From IMG/VR virus record IMGVR_UViG_3300023184_000026, positions 1-64,000 of that record: a stretch of DNA of 64,000 nt; one strand, given 5' to 3'. The notes under the pieces are model-generated. The model ran no database searches. It had not been told where the DNA came from and worked only from the letters and a program-made list of their open reading frames with translations. A program made the position numbers and the translations under genes. This document shows, in pieces, positions 9,655-19,882 of this stretch (position 1 is the stretch's first letter; each line of letters begins with the position of its first letter).

Positions 9655-11979
9655 ATGGCACTACCAGCATCAGGTCCAATTTCAATGAGTATGGTAAATA
9701 CCGAACTGGGGTATTCAGCCACTGCTGTAATAACATTAAATGATGCAGCAGTAAGAACTTTATTTGGTGTAGCAAGTGGTGCAATAGCCTTGAGTGATGG
9801 ATATGGAAAAAGTGCTGCAATAGTTTATGTATATACAGGAATAATAGACACAATTGGATACAGAAAATATGGTAGATATTTTGATGGTATCAACAGTTCT
9901 ACGAGCGCAGAAGTAACAGGAACATATGGTTATGGAGAATCTTGTGATTGTTGTGGCACTGATGAGAATAGCAACTGTCAAGGCTGTAACTTTTATTCAT
10001 ACACCGGTGCTCCGATCAGCAGCTCGTTCAAAACCAACGCAACCGGTGGATATTTTGATGCAGGAACAGATTCTGCTTTTGTTGATTTTACTGTTGGCAC
10101 TGGACCAACCAAGCCATCGTTCGGTGGAGACTGTCAATCCCTCATTCCATCAATAGGCTACTACGCAGGTTCACAGTCCGGAATCAAAACCAATGGTACA
10201 TTGTGGGCATGGGGGACAAATGATTACGGCCAACTGGGAGATGGTACAACAACCACCCGCAGCAGTCCTGTTCAAATTGGTACTGGTACGAATTGGCGAT
10301 ATGTGCGAATGGGAACACTTGCGACTTTTGCAATCAAGACAGATGGCACATTGTGGTCATGGGGATATGGTGGCCAAGTGGATTTAGGAAATGGTATAAT
10401 TAGCCGCAGCAGTCCCGTTCAAATTGGTGCTGGCACAGATTGGAACTATGTGTCATCCAACGGTTGGCAAGCGGGGGTTCACGCAATAAAGACCAATGGC
10501 ACATTGTGGGGATGGGGGGGGAATGGTTACGGCACTGTGGGAGATGGTACAACAACCAGCCGCAGCAGTCCTGTTCAAATTGGTGCTGGCACAGATTGGG
10601 CAACTGTTTCTCATGGAACGTATTCGACGTTTGCCATCAAGACCAATGGCACATTGTGGGTATGGGGATACAATTATTCCGGTCAGTTAGGTGATGGCAC
10701 CATTATAAACCGCAGCAGTCCTGTTCAAATTGGTGCTGGCACAAATTGGCGATCTGTTGTTGGTACCAATGGATATCAGAACAATGCCACAAAAACGGAT
10801 GGCACATTTTGGGCATGGGGGGCTGGTTATTACGGCATTCCCACGAATGGCTATTCCTTCGCTTCTTCACCGGTTCAGGTGGGTTCCGGAACCATACACG
10901 CAGTTGTTCCGGAGAGTTCAATGAAGTCTTTCGATTATGGTGTTCCAGTAATAACCACCAATGGAAATTTGATAGAATACAACAACGGTTATAACAGCGG
11001 GACTTTTATAACTACTTATAGCGGAAGTGGTGCAACAAAAGTTTGGTATGAATCCGAAACCGAAGCATTTATTATGAAAAACGCAGTGACTGGGTCTTAC
11101 TTGTATATAACACAAAAAGCTATATTTGGATATGGAGTCGTAACAGGAGTTCTTTCAATGACCAATCTTGTAAGTAACAATGGTGTTGTATCAACAGACA
11201 CAACGGGCGTTGGTACGCAAAGAGCATATCTAGCAGCAGCAAGTTATGGGTCGGACAAAGCAATATTTGGATACGGATTTACCGGTGCCGTTTCTTCGCT
11301 GACTAATAAAGTAAGCAACACAGGCGTTGTAGCAACTGATACAACGGGAGTTGGTACGGCTAGATGGGGTCTAGCAGCCGCTGGTTATGGGTCAGACAAA
11401 GCAATTTTTGGATATGGATGGAATGGTACTAGTACTTATTACTCAATAACCAACAAAGTAAGCAACACCGGCGTTGCAGCAACAGACACAACTGGAGTTG
11501 GTACGGAAAGAAACGGTCCAGCAGCAGCCGGTTTTGGAACACAAAGAGCTATATTTGCATATGGTGGCAATAGTAGTAATTATTTATCAACGATTAATCT
11601 AGTAGGCAATACCGGAGGTGTAACAAGTGATATAACAAATGTTGGTACGGCAAAAACTGCACCGAGTGCGGCCAGTTATGGATTAGGCAAAGCTATTTTT
11701 GGATATGGATATGATGTTGTCGCTGGCAGCGTATCAACAACCAATCTTGTGAGCAACACGGGAGTTATAGCAACTGATACGACGGGTGTTGGAACAGCAA
11801 GACAGTATCTAGCAGCAGCGGGCTATGGCATAGATAAAGCTATATTTGGATATGGATATAATGGTAGTATCTTATCAATGACCAATAAAGTAAGCAACAC
11901 TGGTGTTGTGGAAGTTGACACAACGGGTGTTGGTACAGCAAGATACGGTCCAGCCGCAGCAGGTTATTCACTAAGTTAA
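9655..11979 (+). CDS. Putative receptor-binding protein: RCC1-like repeats plus a six-repeat Kelch-like propeller
   Basis: Repeated IKTNGTLW.WG.N.YGQLGDGT...RSSPVQIG (RCC1-like). Six C-terminal KAIFGYG repeats paralogous to 1702..4272. Confidence 0.8.
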   Translation: MALPASGPISMSMVNTELGYSATAVITLNDAAVRTLFGVASGAIALSDGYGKSAAIVYVYTGIIDTIGYRKYGRYFDGINSSTSAEVTGTYGYGESCDCCGTDENSNCQGCNFYSYTGAPISSSFKTNATGGYFDAGTDSAFVDFTVGTGPTKPSFGGDCQSLIPSIGYYAGSQSGIKTNGTLWAWGTNDYGQLGDGTTTTRSSPVQIGTGTNWRYVRMGTLATFAIKTDGTLWSWGYGGQVDLGNGIISRSSPVQIGAGTDWNYVSSNGWQAGVHAIKTNGTLWGWGGNGYGTVGDGTTTSRSSPVQIGAGTDWATVSHGTYSTFAIKTNGTLWVWGYNYSGQLGDGTIINRSSPVQIGAGTNWRSVVGTNGYQNNATKTDGTFWAWGAGYYGIPTNGYSFASSPVQVGSGTIHAVVPESSMKSFDYGVPVITTNGNLIEYNNGYNSGTFITTYSGSGATKVWYESETEAFIMKNAVTGSYLYITQKAIFGYGVVTGVLSMTNLVSNNGVVSTDTTGVGTQRAYLAAASYGSDKAIFGYGFTGAVSSLTNKVSNTGVVATDTTGVGTARWGLAAAGYGSDKAIFGYGWNGTSTYYSITNKVSNTGVAATDTTGVGTERNGPAAAGFGTQRAIFAYGGNSSNYLSTINLVGNTGGVTSDITNVGTAKTAPSAASYGLGKAIFGYGYDVVAGSVSTTNLVSNTGVIATDTTGVGTARQYLAAAGYGIDKAIFGYGYNGSILSMTNKVSNTGVVEVDTTGVGTARYGPAAAGYSLS

Positions 11980-12006
11980 TAATCGCCGCCACACATTAAT
12001 AATTTT

Positions 12007-12390
12007 ATGCCAAGCCCATATTATGATAGAGAAGCAGGTACACCAATTGGTGAAGTTCGCAATGAAGTTTTCAATAAATATGGAAATGCTGCATATGAAT
12101 CTTCTCAATATGGTTGGCATCATGAACATATCAGCAACACAGAAACAAAGATGTATAATCTTGTTCAAGCAGATACTGTGAAATTTTTGGTTGCTACAAT
12201 AAAATATAGGATGGTGGATATGCGACCAATAAATCCAATCACAAAAGCATTGATGTTTCCAGACACACCAGAAATATTGATTCCCGATATACAAAATCCA
12301 ATATCAATTGATCTACAATGGACAGATGCTAATATACCATTTATTGGAAAAGATGAATGTGACAAACAAGGTATAACTTATACTTTGTAA
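12007..12390 (+). CDS. Hypothetical protein (fibre locus)
   Basis: 127-aa ORF with ATG directly after the RCC1 gene. Confidence 0.55.
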   Translation: MPSPYYDREAGTPIGEVRNEVFNKYGNAAYESSQYGWHHEHISNTETKMYNLVQADTVKFLVATIKYRMVDMRPINPITKALMFPDTPEILIPDIQNPISIDLQWTDANIPFIGKDECDKQGITYTL

Positions 12391-13412
12391 TTGCTCAAAT
12401 CTTTTTTTAGCTGCTCAAAAGGAGCGTTCCAATTGTTATATTCTGTTTGGCGATATAATGTCACACTATCATACCAAGGGCTTTTGTTTCCTGGTAATAC
12501 CCACATATAATATGGTAATATTGGTACAATTATCCATGTTGGTTTGCCCATAGCAGCAGATAAATGAGCCACAGATGTACAAGATGTTATTATCAAGTCT
12601 AGTCCAGATATAATTTCAGCAGTGTCACGCCATGTTTTCATTTCATATCTCAAATCTATAAATTGTCCAGTATCCAACAAATCATCATCTCTTTGCAAAC
12701 TATAAAATGAAAATTGTTTTAGTTCAGTCAATTCAAGCATATGTTTTGTTGGAAATCGACGATGTTGTTCATGCTCAAATTTTGGACTGCCTGCCCATCG
12801 CAATCCCACTTTGATTTTGTTGTGTTTATTTGGTAAATATTTTGGTGAAAAATAATTCAAATATGGTTTGCCGCTCAAATCATTATATTCATATTTTAGA
12901 GCATATGGAGCTGACATAGCTTGTACCCAATAATCATAATGACTATGAACACAAACATTCTTGTCTAATATTGCAGATACATATGGTATGTTCTTAAATA
13001 TTGGATACAATTCTTTGTTGCAGCCCAATAATACTTTTGCACCACGTTCATGAAAATCTTTGACAAATCTCACATTGATGATTTCATCACCCAAACCTCC
13101 TTCACCATGAAACAACAAAGTTTTGTCTTTTAATGACTGACCATTGTATAATGTGCCATATGGATTTTTTGCACCACCAAATCCATCAAAAATTCTACCA
13201 GAGTTTAATCCTTCATAGCCTTTGAATAAATTACCACGTCGCATGTTGTGCCAACCCAAATTAAATCTTACTCTGGGATCATTGTCGCCAAGACTATATA
13301 GTATTTTTTCAGAACCATCTAGGTCTCCTTTGATGGACAATGCAAATGCTGCATCAAGTCCTTCATTTTGTCTTTTGAATTCTGCTTCGTCCATTTTTCT
13401 ATCATTAGACAT
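12378..13412 (-). CDS. TPR + GT-B glycosyltransferase (GT9/heptosyltransferase-like)
   Basis: Motifs EGGLGDEI..VRF, VGLRWAG, DTAEIISGLDLIITSCTSVAHLSAAMGKPTW. The ATG at 13412 is preferred over the upstream alternative start. Confidence 0.8.
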   Translation of the reverse strand: MSNDRKMDEAEFKRQNEGLDAAFALSIKGDLDGSEKILYSLGDNDPRVRFNLGWHNMRRGNLFKGYEGLNSGRIFDGFGGAKNPYGTLYNGQSLKDKTLLFHGEGGLGDEIINVRFVKDFHERGAKVLLGCNKELYPIFKNIPYVSAILDKNVCVHSHYDYWVQAMSAPYALKYEYNDLSGKPYLNYFSPKYLPNKHNKIKVGLRWAGSPKFEHEQHRRFPTKHMLELTELKQFSFYSLQRDDDLLDTGQFIDLRYEMKTWRDTAEIISGLDLIITSCTSVAHLSAAMGKPTWIIVPILPYYMWVLPGNKSPWYDSVTLYRQTEYNNWNAPFEQLKKDLSNYKV

Positions 13413-13459
13413 ATTTATGCTTGACAAGTCAATCACAATGTGATGAATTTAAAGAAATT

Positions 13460-14236
13460 ATGAAACTAGATATTATTATAAAAACATGTGATGTAAAAAA
13501 TATGCATGGTTCAACACAAGAACGTTTTTGCAAAACTGACAAACTAACTTTAATAAAAAAGTGTTTATCCAGCATTGTGATTGCATCCAACAATCGTCCA
13601 TATGAAACCAAACTGACTGTGGTTGATGATGGCAGTTCAACAGAAACAATAAATTCTATTGCAAAAATTCTACAAGCCAGTCAGCACAAAGTTGAAATGA
13701 TTTGTCGTCAAAATAACAACTATAATGATGCCACACTACAATATTTTCAATTGGCCAGAGACAGTGAAGCAACATTGGTATATCTAGTAGAAGATGATTA
13801 TTTGCATCTTCCAATGATGTTGGGAGAAATGGAGGGTTTTTATAATCTCGCGTTTGAACAACTTGGTCAGAAAAAAGACATAGTTATTCATCCATTTGAT
13901 GATCCTGCTAATTATATATCACCCAGAAACATAGCACCATGCAATGTGGTATTGGGAAAAAACAAACATTGGCGTACAAATTATTATACTACTTGTACAT
14001 TTTTTACAACACCGGGCGTAATTAGACGCGGATGGGAACATTTTGAGAATTTTGCTAACAATTATGGATCTAATCCCGAAATTAACGAAGATTCAACCAT
14101 CAATCAAGTATGGCAACAACCAAACATACAATTATTTACGCCATTAACAAGCCTTGCTTTGCATATGCAATTTGAAGAAAACAGAGATCGTTTAATAAAT
14201 TGGAAACAACTATGGGACTTGATTCCTGAACTATGA
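13460..14236 (+). CDS. GT-A fold (GT2-like) glycosyltransferase
   Basis: Motifs LTVVDDGSS and VYLVEDDYLH. ATG at 13460. Confidence 0.7.
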   Translation: MKLDIIIKTCDVKNMHGSTQERFCKTDKLTLIKKCLSSIVIASNNRPYETKLTVVDDGSSTETINSIAKILQASQHKVEMICRQNNNYNDATLQYFQLARDSEATLVYLVEDDYLHLPMMLGEMEGFYNLAFEQLGQKKDIVIHPFDDPANYISPRNIAPCNVVLGKNKHWRTNYYTTCTFFTTPGVIRRGWEHFENFANNYGSNPEINEDSTINQVWQQPNIQLFTPLTSLALHMQFEENRDRLINWKQLWDLIPEL

Positions 14237-14375
14237 GTGCAATAGAAAATCTGCGGCGCGCCGCCAACAAAAGAGAGTATACTAAACCATATATGGAATA
14301 TTATACACCGGAGTTATTAGAAAAGTACAGAAATTCTATACAGAAGATTTTACAAACTTTAATTATAACATATGA
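14233..14375 (+). pseudogene. Probable relic of a sulfotransferase-like C-terminus with a 1-nt deletion
   Basis: KREYTKPYMEYYTPELLEK continues as VQKFYTEDFTNFNYNI* if one A is restored at gaaaag. That restored stop overlaps the next ATG (ATGA, 14372-14375). Confidence 0.4.
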
Positions 14376-14635
14376 GCAATGAACCAGAAGTAAAAATGAA
14401 CAACAATCCAATCAGCCTCATGTTCAATTTGAGTGAGTCTGTATTGAAATCTTTAGAGGGTATGGCAAAAAATGGCGTACTTATGGCAACAGAAGAAAAA
14501 GCACAATCTCGTATGCAGATATGTTCAACTTGCACTTGTTTTGAAGTAGCATCAGCACGCTGCAAACTTTGTGGCTGCTTTATGACCACAAAAGTAAGAT
14601 TAGATAATAGCAAGTGTCCAGCCAATAAATGGTAA
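14372..14635 (+). CDS. Small Cys-rich protein (DUF6171-like)
   Basis: RMQICSTC...CKLCGCFM..K.RL....CP.NKW motif. Confidence 0.6.
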   Translation: MSNEPEVKMNNNPISLMFNLSESVLKSLEGMAKNGVLMATEEKAQSRMQICSTCTCFEVASARCKLCGCFMTTKVRLDNSKCPANKW

Positions 14636-14637
14636 GT

Positions 14638-14716
14638 TTTTAGTTATTATATATATTGTTTGATTATATATATCCATATATATGAATGAAACAATAAACG
14701 TTATAAAACTATATGG
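14638..14716 (+). repeat. Copy 1 of a ~80-nt duplicated upstream/leader region
   Basis: TTTTAGTTATTATATATATTGTTTGA...TATATCCATATATATGAATGAAACAAT...GTTATAAAACTATATGG, near-identical to 15358-15444. Confidence 0.9.
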
Positions 14717-15342
14717 CATCAAACTTAAATTCAGAATTCAATTATAAATACCAAGTCATTGGTTGTACTCCTTGGGAAAAACTCAAAACACTACAAGGAT
14801 TTTTGGTTGGTCGCAAACGAGCTGCTGTACTTGAAAAATGTGCTGATCTTAAATACAAAGCTAAACTGGAAGAATATAAGCATCTGCTGACAGTACCTGC
14901 ACTACCACATATATTATTGAATCTAGAGGCTGAGATACTAGAATTGGAGTCACATTTAGATGATCAAAAACATGCGTTTGAGCTTAATCGTAATGAAATT
15001 AAAATACTAGAAAATCTAATAGCAGAACTATATGAAATTTGTGAACCTACTCGTATAGCTGGTTACTCAGATGATCAAATGTTTGAAGCCAATGCCAATC
15101 TTGAATTTACTGTAAATGTTGGTCGTGAATTACAATCTGAAATTATTGCAAATGGACGACCAAGTCCAGCTAAACTATTGAATGCAATGAGCAATCCTCA
15201 AACATTAGAAATGTTAAAATCAGTGGGTTTGGTTCCAGAAGGCACAATATTACTAGAAGACAATACTCTTTTATTGGCTTTAAAAAATAAAGAAAATCTT
15301 TTAGAAAAACCAACAGATCCATTGCTGAATCTGACCAATTGA
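14713..15342 (+). CDS. Hypothetical coiled-coil protein
   Basis: 209-aa ORF with ATG inside leader copy 1. Confidence 0.7.
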   Translation: MASNLNSEFNYKYQVIGCTPWEKLKTLQGFLVGRKRAAVLEKCADLKYKAKLEEYKHLLTVPALPHILLNLEAEILELESHLDDQKHAFELNRNEIKILENLIAELYEICEPTRIAGYSDDQMFEANANLEFTVNVGRELQSEIIANGRPSPAKLLNAMSNPQTLEMLKSVGLVPEGTILLEDNTLLLALKNKENLLEKPTDPLLNLTN

Positions 15343-15357
15343 TAATAAATTAACAAC

Positions 15358-15444
15358 TTTTAGTTATTATATATATTGTTTGAATGTATATATCCATATA
15401 TATGAATGAAACAATTCAACAATAAATGTTATAAAACTATATGG
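15358..15444 (+). repeat. Copy 2 of the duplicated upstream/leader region
   Basis: Same sequence as 14638-14716 with a few substitutions and a short insertion; ends at the ATGG of the next gene. Confidence 0.9.
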
Positions 15445-15824
15445 AACTAAATCAACCAGCTCAAGCACCTCAATCAAATTTTGGAATGCCATCGCAGCCC
15501 AACACAGGAATGCAATTTCCTCAAAGCGCCGCCAATCAAAATATTCCAAATTTTAATATTCCTTCTCAAAATCTTGGACCTGTCGTATTTGATCAAAACG
15601 AACTGTCTGAAATGAATAATATTCGTGAAGTATATGATCAATTGACCATTGCACTTGGTCAAGTTGAAATGCAAAAACGCGAAATAAACAAGAACGAAAA
15701 ACGAACATTAGAAAGATTGACTGCCATTGAGGCACAAGAAAAGGTGTTTTTGGACAAGATTGTTGCCAAGTATGGAGAAGGCACTTTTGATGTTAATACA
15801 GGCATATTTACTCCAAAACGTTGA
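15441..15824 (+). CDS. Hypothetical protein (Q/N/P-rich N-terminus, coiled-coil C-terminus)
   Basis: 127-aa ORF followed by a terminator. Confidence 0.7.
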   Translation: MELNQPAQAPQSNFGMPSQPNTGMQFPQSAANQNIPNFNIPSQNLGPVVFDQNELSEMNNIREVYDQLTIALGQVEMQKREINKNEKRTLERLTAIEAQEKVFLDKIVAKYGEGTFDVNTGIFTPKR

Positions 15825-15850
15825 TATTTGTAAAAATACTATAATACTAT

Positions 15851-15878
15851 AATCCTCCATTAATTTGGAGGATTTTTT
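15851..15878 (+). terminator. Intrinsic terminator
   Basis: AATCCTCC-attaattt-GGAGGATT followed by a T run. Confidence 0.75.
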
Positions 15879-15944
15879 ATTGTTTCAATTTCTCCGGTCA
15901 TATTTATATTTGCAACTTTTATACAGGAGTAAAAAAATTAATAT

Positions 15945-18900
15945 ATGGCAATCGAACAAAATGGAAATTATAGCCCTTCAGAACGTATCGTTTCACCTGG
16001 TGTATTCACCAGAGAAATTGATCAATCGTTTCTTGCACAGGGTGTGGCAGCAATCGGCGGCGTGGTAGTCGCCCCTTTCCCAAAAGGACCGGGGTTTTCA
16101 CCAACCGTAGTTACCAGCGAGGCGGACTTAGCTAATATCTTCGGCGATACCGATGGTACATTGTATGGTCCAATTACCGCACAACAATATATTCGTCAGC
16201 AAGGTCAAGTCACCGTCGTTCGCGTCGGTGGATTGTCTGGCTACGAACAGAAAAAAGCATTGTTTGTCACTGCAATTGCTGGACAATACTCTCGTTTTCA
16301 AGAAAATTCAATTGTTTCTGGATCGTTGTTGTCCGGTACAATTTATCCAAATTCTGTTGTTAATAGTCGATTTAATATCACAGGAAGCGTAAACGCAACA
16401 TTTGAAAGTGGATATTATATGAATGAATCAAATGTTATCGGAACACTTCAACTCAGAACGTTTTTAAGTTCATCAACAAATCTTTATGGTGCGGTGACTG
16501 GTTCTGACGGATGTTTGGATTATTTCCGCGCAACTGCGTCTATCAATAATACTCCGTTCCTTGTCAGTGGATCGTCTCCTTGGAATAATACAAGACTGTC
16601 TGAATTGACAATTTCCAGAGTAAACGGAGCTTGTGATTTTGTTCTGGAAATTTCCGGAATTCTAACTGGTTCATATGGTCCGTTTAATCCAAATGGATTT
16701 CAACCAGGCGTTGGTTTGACTGAAGACGGTTGTGAAAGCTCTTCATATGCAACTGGAAGCGACAGTGTTCTTCTTGCAGTTCTTGCCAACACAGCATATG
16801 ATACAGGACAAAACTTATACGGATTCAGCGGTTCTTTGTTACACACATCGTCCGCAGAATCAATTACTGCTGATTTTTCATTGGACCTGAATACCATTTA
16901 TACAGACACCGAAGGAAACACCGCAAGTTCATCATATGGAACATATCAGTTCTCGCTTGATGGAAATTCCAACAAGTATATCACAAATGTATTTGGTACA
17001 GATCCAGTCGCCGGATATTATCCAGTAGCTGCTCTTCAAAAGAAAGAAGCGGCGTATACGTATGTAAACTTCAAACACAAAACAAAGAAAATAATAACTG
17101 AAATGTTGGAATCTGGAAGTTGGAAGATTTCCGTTAGTTTCCGCGATGCTATGGATTTCCAAGATGGTATATTACCAGCCGATGGAACATCAACATACGA
17201 CCTAACAAACGCATATACTCCTTATATTCGTTCACAGGCAATCGCTGGATATAACACCGCTGATGCGCAGGCTTATGATCTATTCAAGGTTCATACTTTG
17301 AGCGATGGCACCACATCAAACTTGATGTATAAAGTTGAAATCAGCAATGTTCGCAGTCCGGGATCAATATCAGGTACAAAGTACGGATCATTTACTCTTG
17401 GTTTACGTGGCTATGGAGACACTGATCTAAAACCAAATTATTTGGAACGTTACGATAATTTGAATATTGATCCAGACAGCCCAAACTTTGTTGCTCGTCG
17501 AATTGGTGATACATACAACTATATAGACTTCAATGGTAAAATAATTGAAAATGGAACTTTTCCACAAAAGAGTAAATATATTCGCGTTGAAACAGCAACA
17601 TCACCATGGCCAGTCGGTTCAATTCCATTTGGATTTGGTCCATATACATCACCAATCGGTGGAGATTATGCTCGTCTTGGTAAATTAGCAGCAATGCAAT
17701 ATTGCAGTGCATCTATATATACCCTACAAGTTGGTCGTTATGCATCAGGTGTGGTATTTAATCCAGCACCTGGCCAAGCAGATGCGGAATTGGCGGGATT
17801 ATATCCAAACGGATCGTCGGTTGGACCTGAACTTGACAACAAGCAATATTTTGCACCAGTTCCACAAGGCGCATCTGTTAATTCAAATGTAGCATTTGAT
17901 CTGGAAAATGACTGCGGAATATCTCCACTATATGTTGCTTCCCAAGAATCCTTAAATGTTAAGAAACGTCGTTTCATTCTTGGTTTCCAAGGTGGATTTG
18001 ATGGTCAATCTCCATCAATGCCGATTCTTATCGGAGATGATATTCTTCCAACAAATCAACAAGGACTGGATTGTTCTACATCAACAAGTCGCGGGACTTA
18101 TGCGTATAGACAAGCTATTTCTGCATTGAGCAATGCCGACGAGTTTGATTTCAATCTCGTGGTTGCACCTGGTATCAATTATGACGATCATTCATACGTC
18201 GCAACATCAATCGTTGATGTATGTGAGCGCCGTGGTGATGCGTTTTATATCATGGACATTGCACCAAATCAAACAGCTGGTGCTGCTGCTATTCAAAATG
18301 TTGTTGATTTGGCCGGTGAATTTGATACAAATTATGCAGCATCGTATTATCCTTGGGTCAAGATCAGCGAATCAAACAGCAACAAGATAATGACAGTTCC
18401 TCCGTCGGTTGTTATGATGGGCGTATATGCTTCAAACGACAAGGTAGCGGCTGAATGGTTTGCTCCTGCCGGTCTAAACCGTGGTGGTATTGCAACTGCC
18501 ATATCGGTGGCTGACAGATTGTCTCACACCGAACGTGATAGTCTATATGAAGGTCGCGTCAATCCAATTGCTGCGTTTCCAGGACAAGGTGTTGTGGCGT
18601 GGGGTCAAAAGACACTACAACGTCAGCCTTCCGCTTTGGATCGCATCAATGTACGTCGTTTGTTGATTGCATTGAAGAAGTTCATTGCGTCGTCAAGTCG
18701 CTATCTGGTGTTTGAACAAAACGTCAGTACGACACGCCAACGTTTCTTGAATATTGTAAATCCATACTTGGAGAGCGTACAACAACGTTCCGGTATCTAT
18801 TCATTCAAAGTAGTTATGGACGATAGTAACAATACTCCAGATATAGTTGATCGTGGTATATTGTATGGTCAAATATTCATCCAGCCAACACGCACTGCGG

Positions 18901-18959
18901 AATTCATTGTACTTGATTTCAATGTACTACCAACGGGTGCTACTTTTCCTGGAGCCTAA
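15945..18959 (+). CDS. Contractile tail sheath protein
   Basis: N-terminal IVSPGVFTREIDQSFL. C-terminal WFAPAGLNRG, LYEGRVNPIA.FPGQG..WGQKTLQ, ALDRINVRRLLI, IQPTRTAEFI.LDF. Confidence 0.95.
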   Translation: MAIEQNGNYSPSERIVSPGVFTREIDQSFLAQGVAAIGGVVVAPFPKGPGFSPTVVTSEADLANIFGDTDGTLYGPITAQQYIRQQGQVTVVRVGGLSGYEQKKALFVTAIAGQYSRFQENSIVSGSLLSGTIYPNSVVNSRFNITGSVNATFESGYYMNESNVIGTLQLRTFLSSSTNLYGAVTGSDGCLDYFRATASINNTPFLVSGSSPWNNTRLSELTISRVNGACDFVLEISGILTGSYGPFNPNGFQPGVGLTEDGCESSSYATGSDSVLLAVLANTAYDTGQNLYGFSGSLLHTSSAESITADFSLDLNTIYTDTEGNTASSSYGTYQFSLDGNSNKYITNVFGTDPVAGYYPVAALQKKEAAYTYVNFKHKTKKIITEMLESGSWKISVSFRDAMDFQDGILPADGTSTYDLTNAYTPYIRSQAIAGYNTADAQAYDLFKVHTLSDGTTSNLMYKVEISNVRSPGSISGTKYGSFTLGLRGYGDTDLKPNYLERYDNLNIDPDSPNFVARRIGDTYNYIDFNGKIIENGTFPQKSKYIRVETATSPWPVGSIPFGFGPYTSPIGGDYARLGKLAAMQYCSASIYTLQVGRYASGVVFNPAPGQADAELAGLYPNGSSVGPELDNKQYFAPVPQGASVNSNVAFDLENDCGISPLYVASQESLNVKKRRFILGFQGGFDGQSPSMPILIGDDILPTNQQGLDCSTSTSRGTYAYRQAISALSNADEFDFNLVVAPGINYDDHSYVATSIVDVCERRGDAFYIMDIAPNQTAGAAAIQNVVDLAGEFDTNYAASYYPWVKISESNSNKIMTVPPSVVMMGVYASNDKVAAEWFAPAGLNRGGIATAISVADRLSHTERDSLYEGRVNPIAAFPGQGVVAWGQKTLQRQPSALDRINVRRLLIALKKFIASSSRYLVFEQNVSTTRQRFLNIVNPYLESVQQRSGIYSFKVVMDDSNNTPDIVDRGILYGQIFIQPTRTAEFIVLDFNVLPTGATFPGA

Positions 18960-18981
18960 TATAGTATAAAAAGTTAAACTC

Positions 18982-19009
18982 AAAAGCCCACCGAAAGGTG
19001 GGCTTTTTT
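18982..19009 (+). terminator. Intrinsic (likely bidirectional) terminator
   Basis: AAAAGCCCACC-GAAA-GGTGGGCTTTTTT. Confidence 0.9.
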
Positions 19010-19046
19010 ATTGATATATTGAGTAGTATTGATATATTTATAAGAT

Positions 19047-19637
19047 ATGCATATATTACTGAAGAATATCTTGAAAGAAGCAGTGGCCAAAGAAGATGGT
19101 GAAAATCCATTAAAAATTCAATTATACGTGGATATGGACGGAGTTCTCGTTGATTTGGATGGTGGGTTTAAAAAAATAACAACAATGACACCAAAAGAAT
19201 ATTCGAAAAAAAATGGAAAAAATGCTTTTTGGGATGTTGTAGAAAAGAATCCAAATTTTTGGTTGGATCTGAATCCTCTACCGGACGCAAAAATTTTGTG
19301 GGACTTTATAAAAGATAATTTTAAAAATCCGTCGCCCATAATACTAAGCGCGGGACAAGGTTCCAATGTTAAAAAACAAAAAGAAGCTTGGATAAGAAAA
19401 TATATTGATTCAACGGTTGAGGTAAGAATTGCAACCTCTGGTTATTTGAAATCAAACTATGCCACAAAAATTCCGAATGTTATGAATGTGTTGTTGGATG
19501 ACACCGGTCCCGTTGACGTAGAAGACGGCAGGCCGGATAACATAACAGCATGGGAAAATGTGTCTGGCAACATTGCCATTCATCACACAGACACAGCGAG
19601 CAGTATACAAAAAATTAGAGATATACTCTCAATATGA
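19047..19637 (+). CDS. HAD-family 5'(3')-deoxyribonucleotidase-like protein
   Basis: Motif I YVDMDGVLVD, ILSA, K..W, VLLDD...NITAW...GNIAIHH. Confidence 0.8.
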   Translation: MHILLKNILKEAVAKEDGENPLKIQLYVDMDGVLVDLDGGFKKITTMTPKEYSKKNGKNAFWDVVEKNPNFWLDLNPLPDAKILWDFIKDNFKNPSPIILSAGQGSNVKKQKEAWIRKYIDSTVEVRIATSGYLKSNYATKIPNVMNVLLDDTGPVDVEDGRPDNITAWENVSGNIAIHHTDTASSIQKIRDILSI

Positions 19638-19882
19638 GCAATTTAAAACTGAAGTCTATTTTATTAAAAGAACAGTTTCATATCACCGACGTGATAGCTT
19701 TGGAAAAAGCATCCGGTGATTTCGCAAAGATGCTTATTAATAATAAAATTATTGGTTCGCATCACAAAAATATGACTGCTGCCGATACAAATATAAATCA
19801 ATATACAGAAGATATTGCAGAAGTTGTTCGCAACGAAATTATAAAATGGATGGATATGGCAAACAGACGAGGTGGAAGATGA
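19634..19882 (+). CDS. Hypothetical protein with KLKSILLKE leader
   Basis: 82-aa ORF with ATGA overlaps at both ends. Confidence 0.6.
   Translation: MSNLKLKSILLKEQFHITDVIALEKASGDFAKMLINNKIIGSHHKNMTAADTNINQYTEDIAEVVRNEIIKWMDMANRRGGR

Noticed and set aside
1702-11979. Diversity-generating retroelement acting on the propeller repeats
   Set aside because: There is no reverse transcriptase or non-coding template repeat in the window, all copies are coding, and I did not see adenine-restricted variation.
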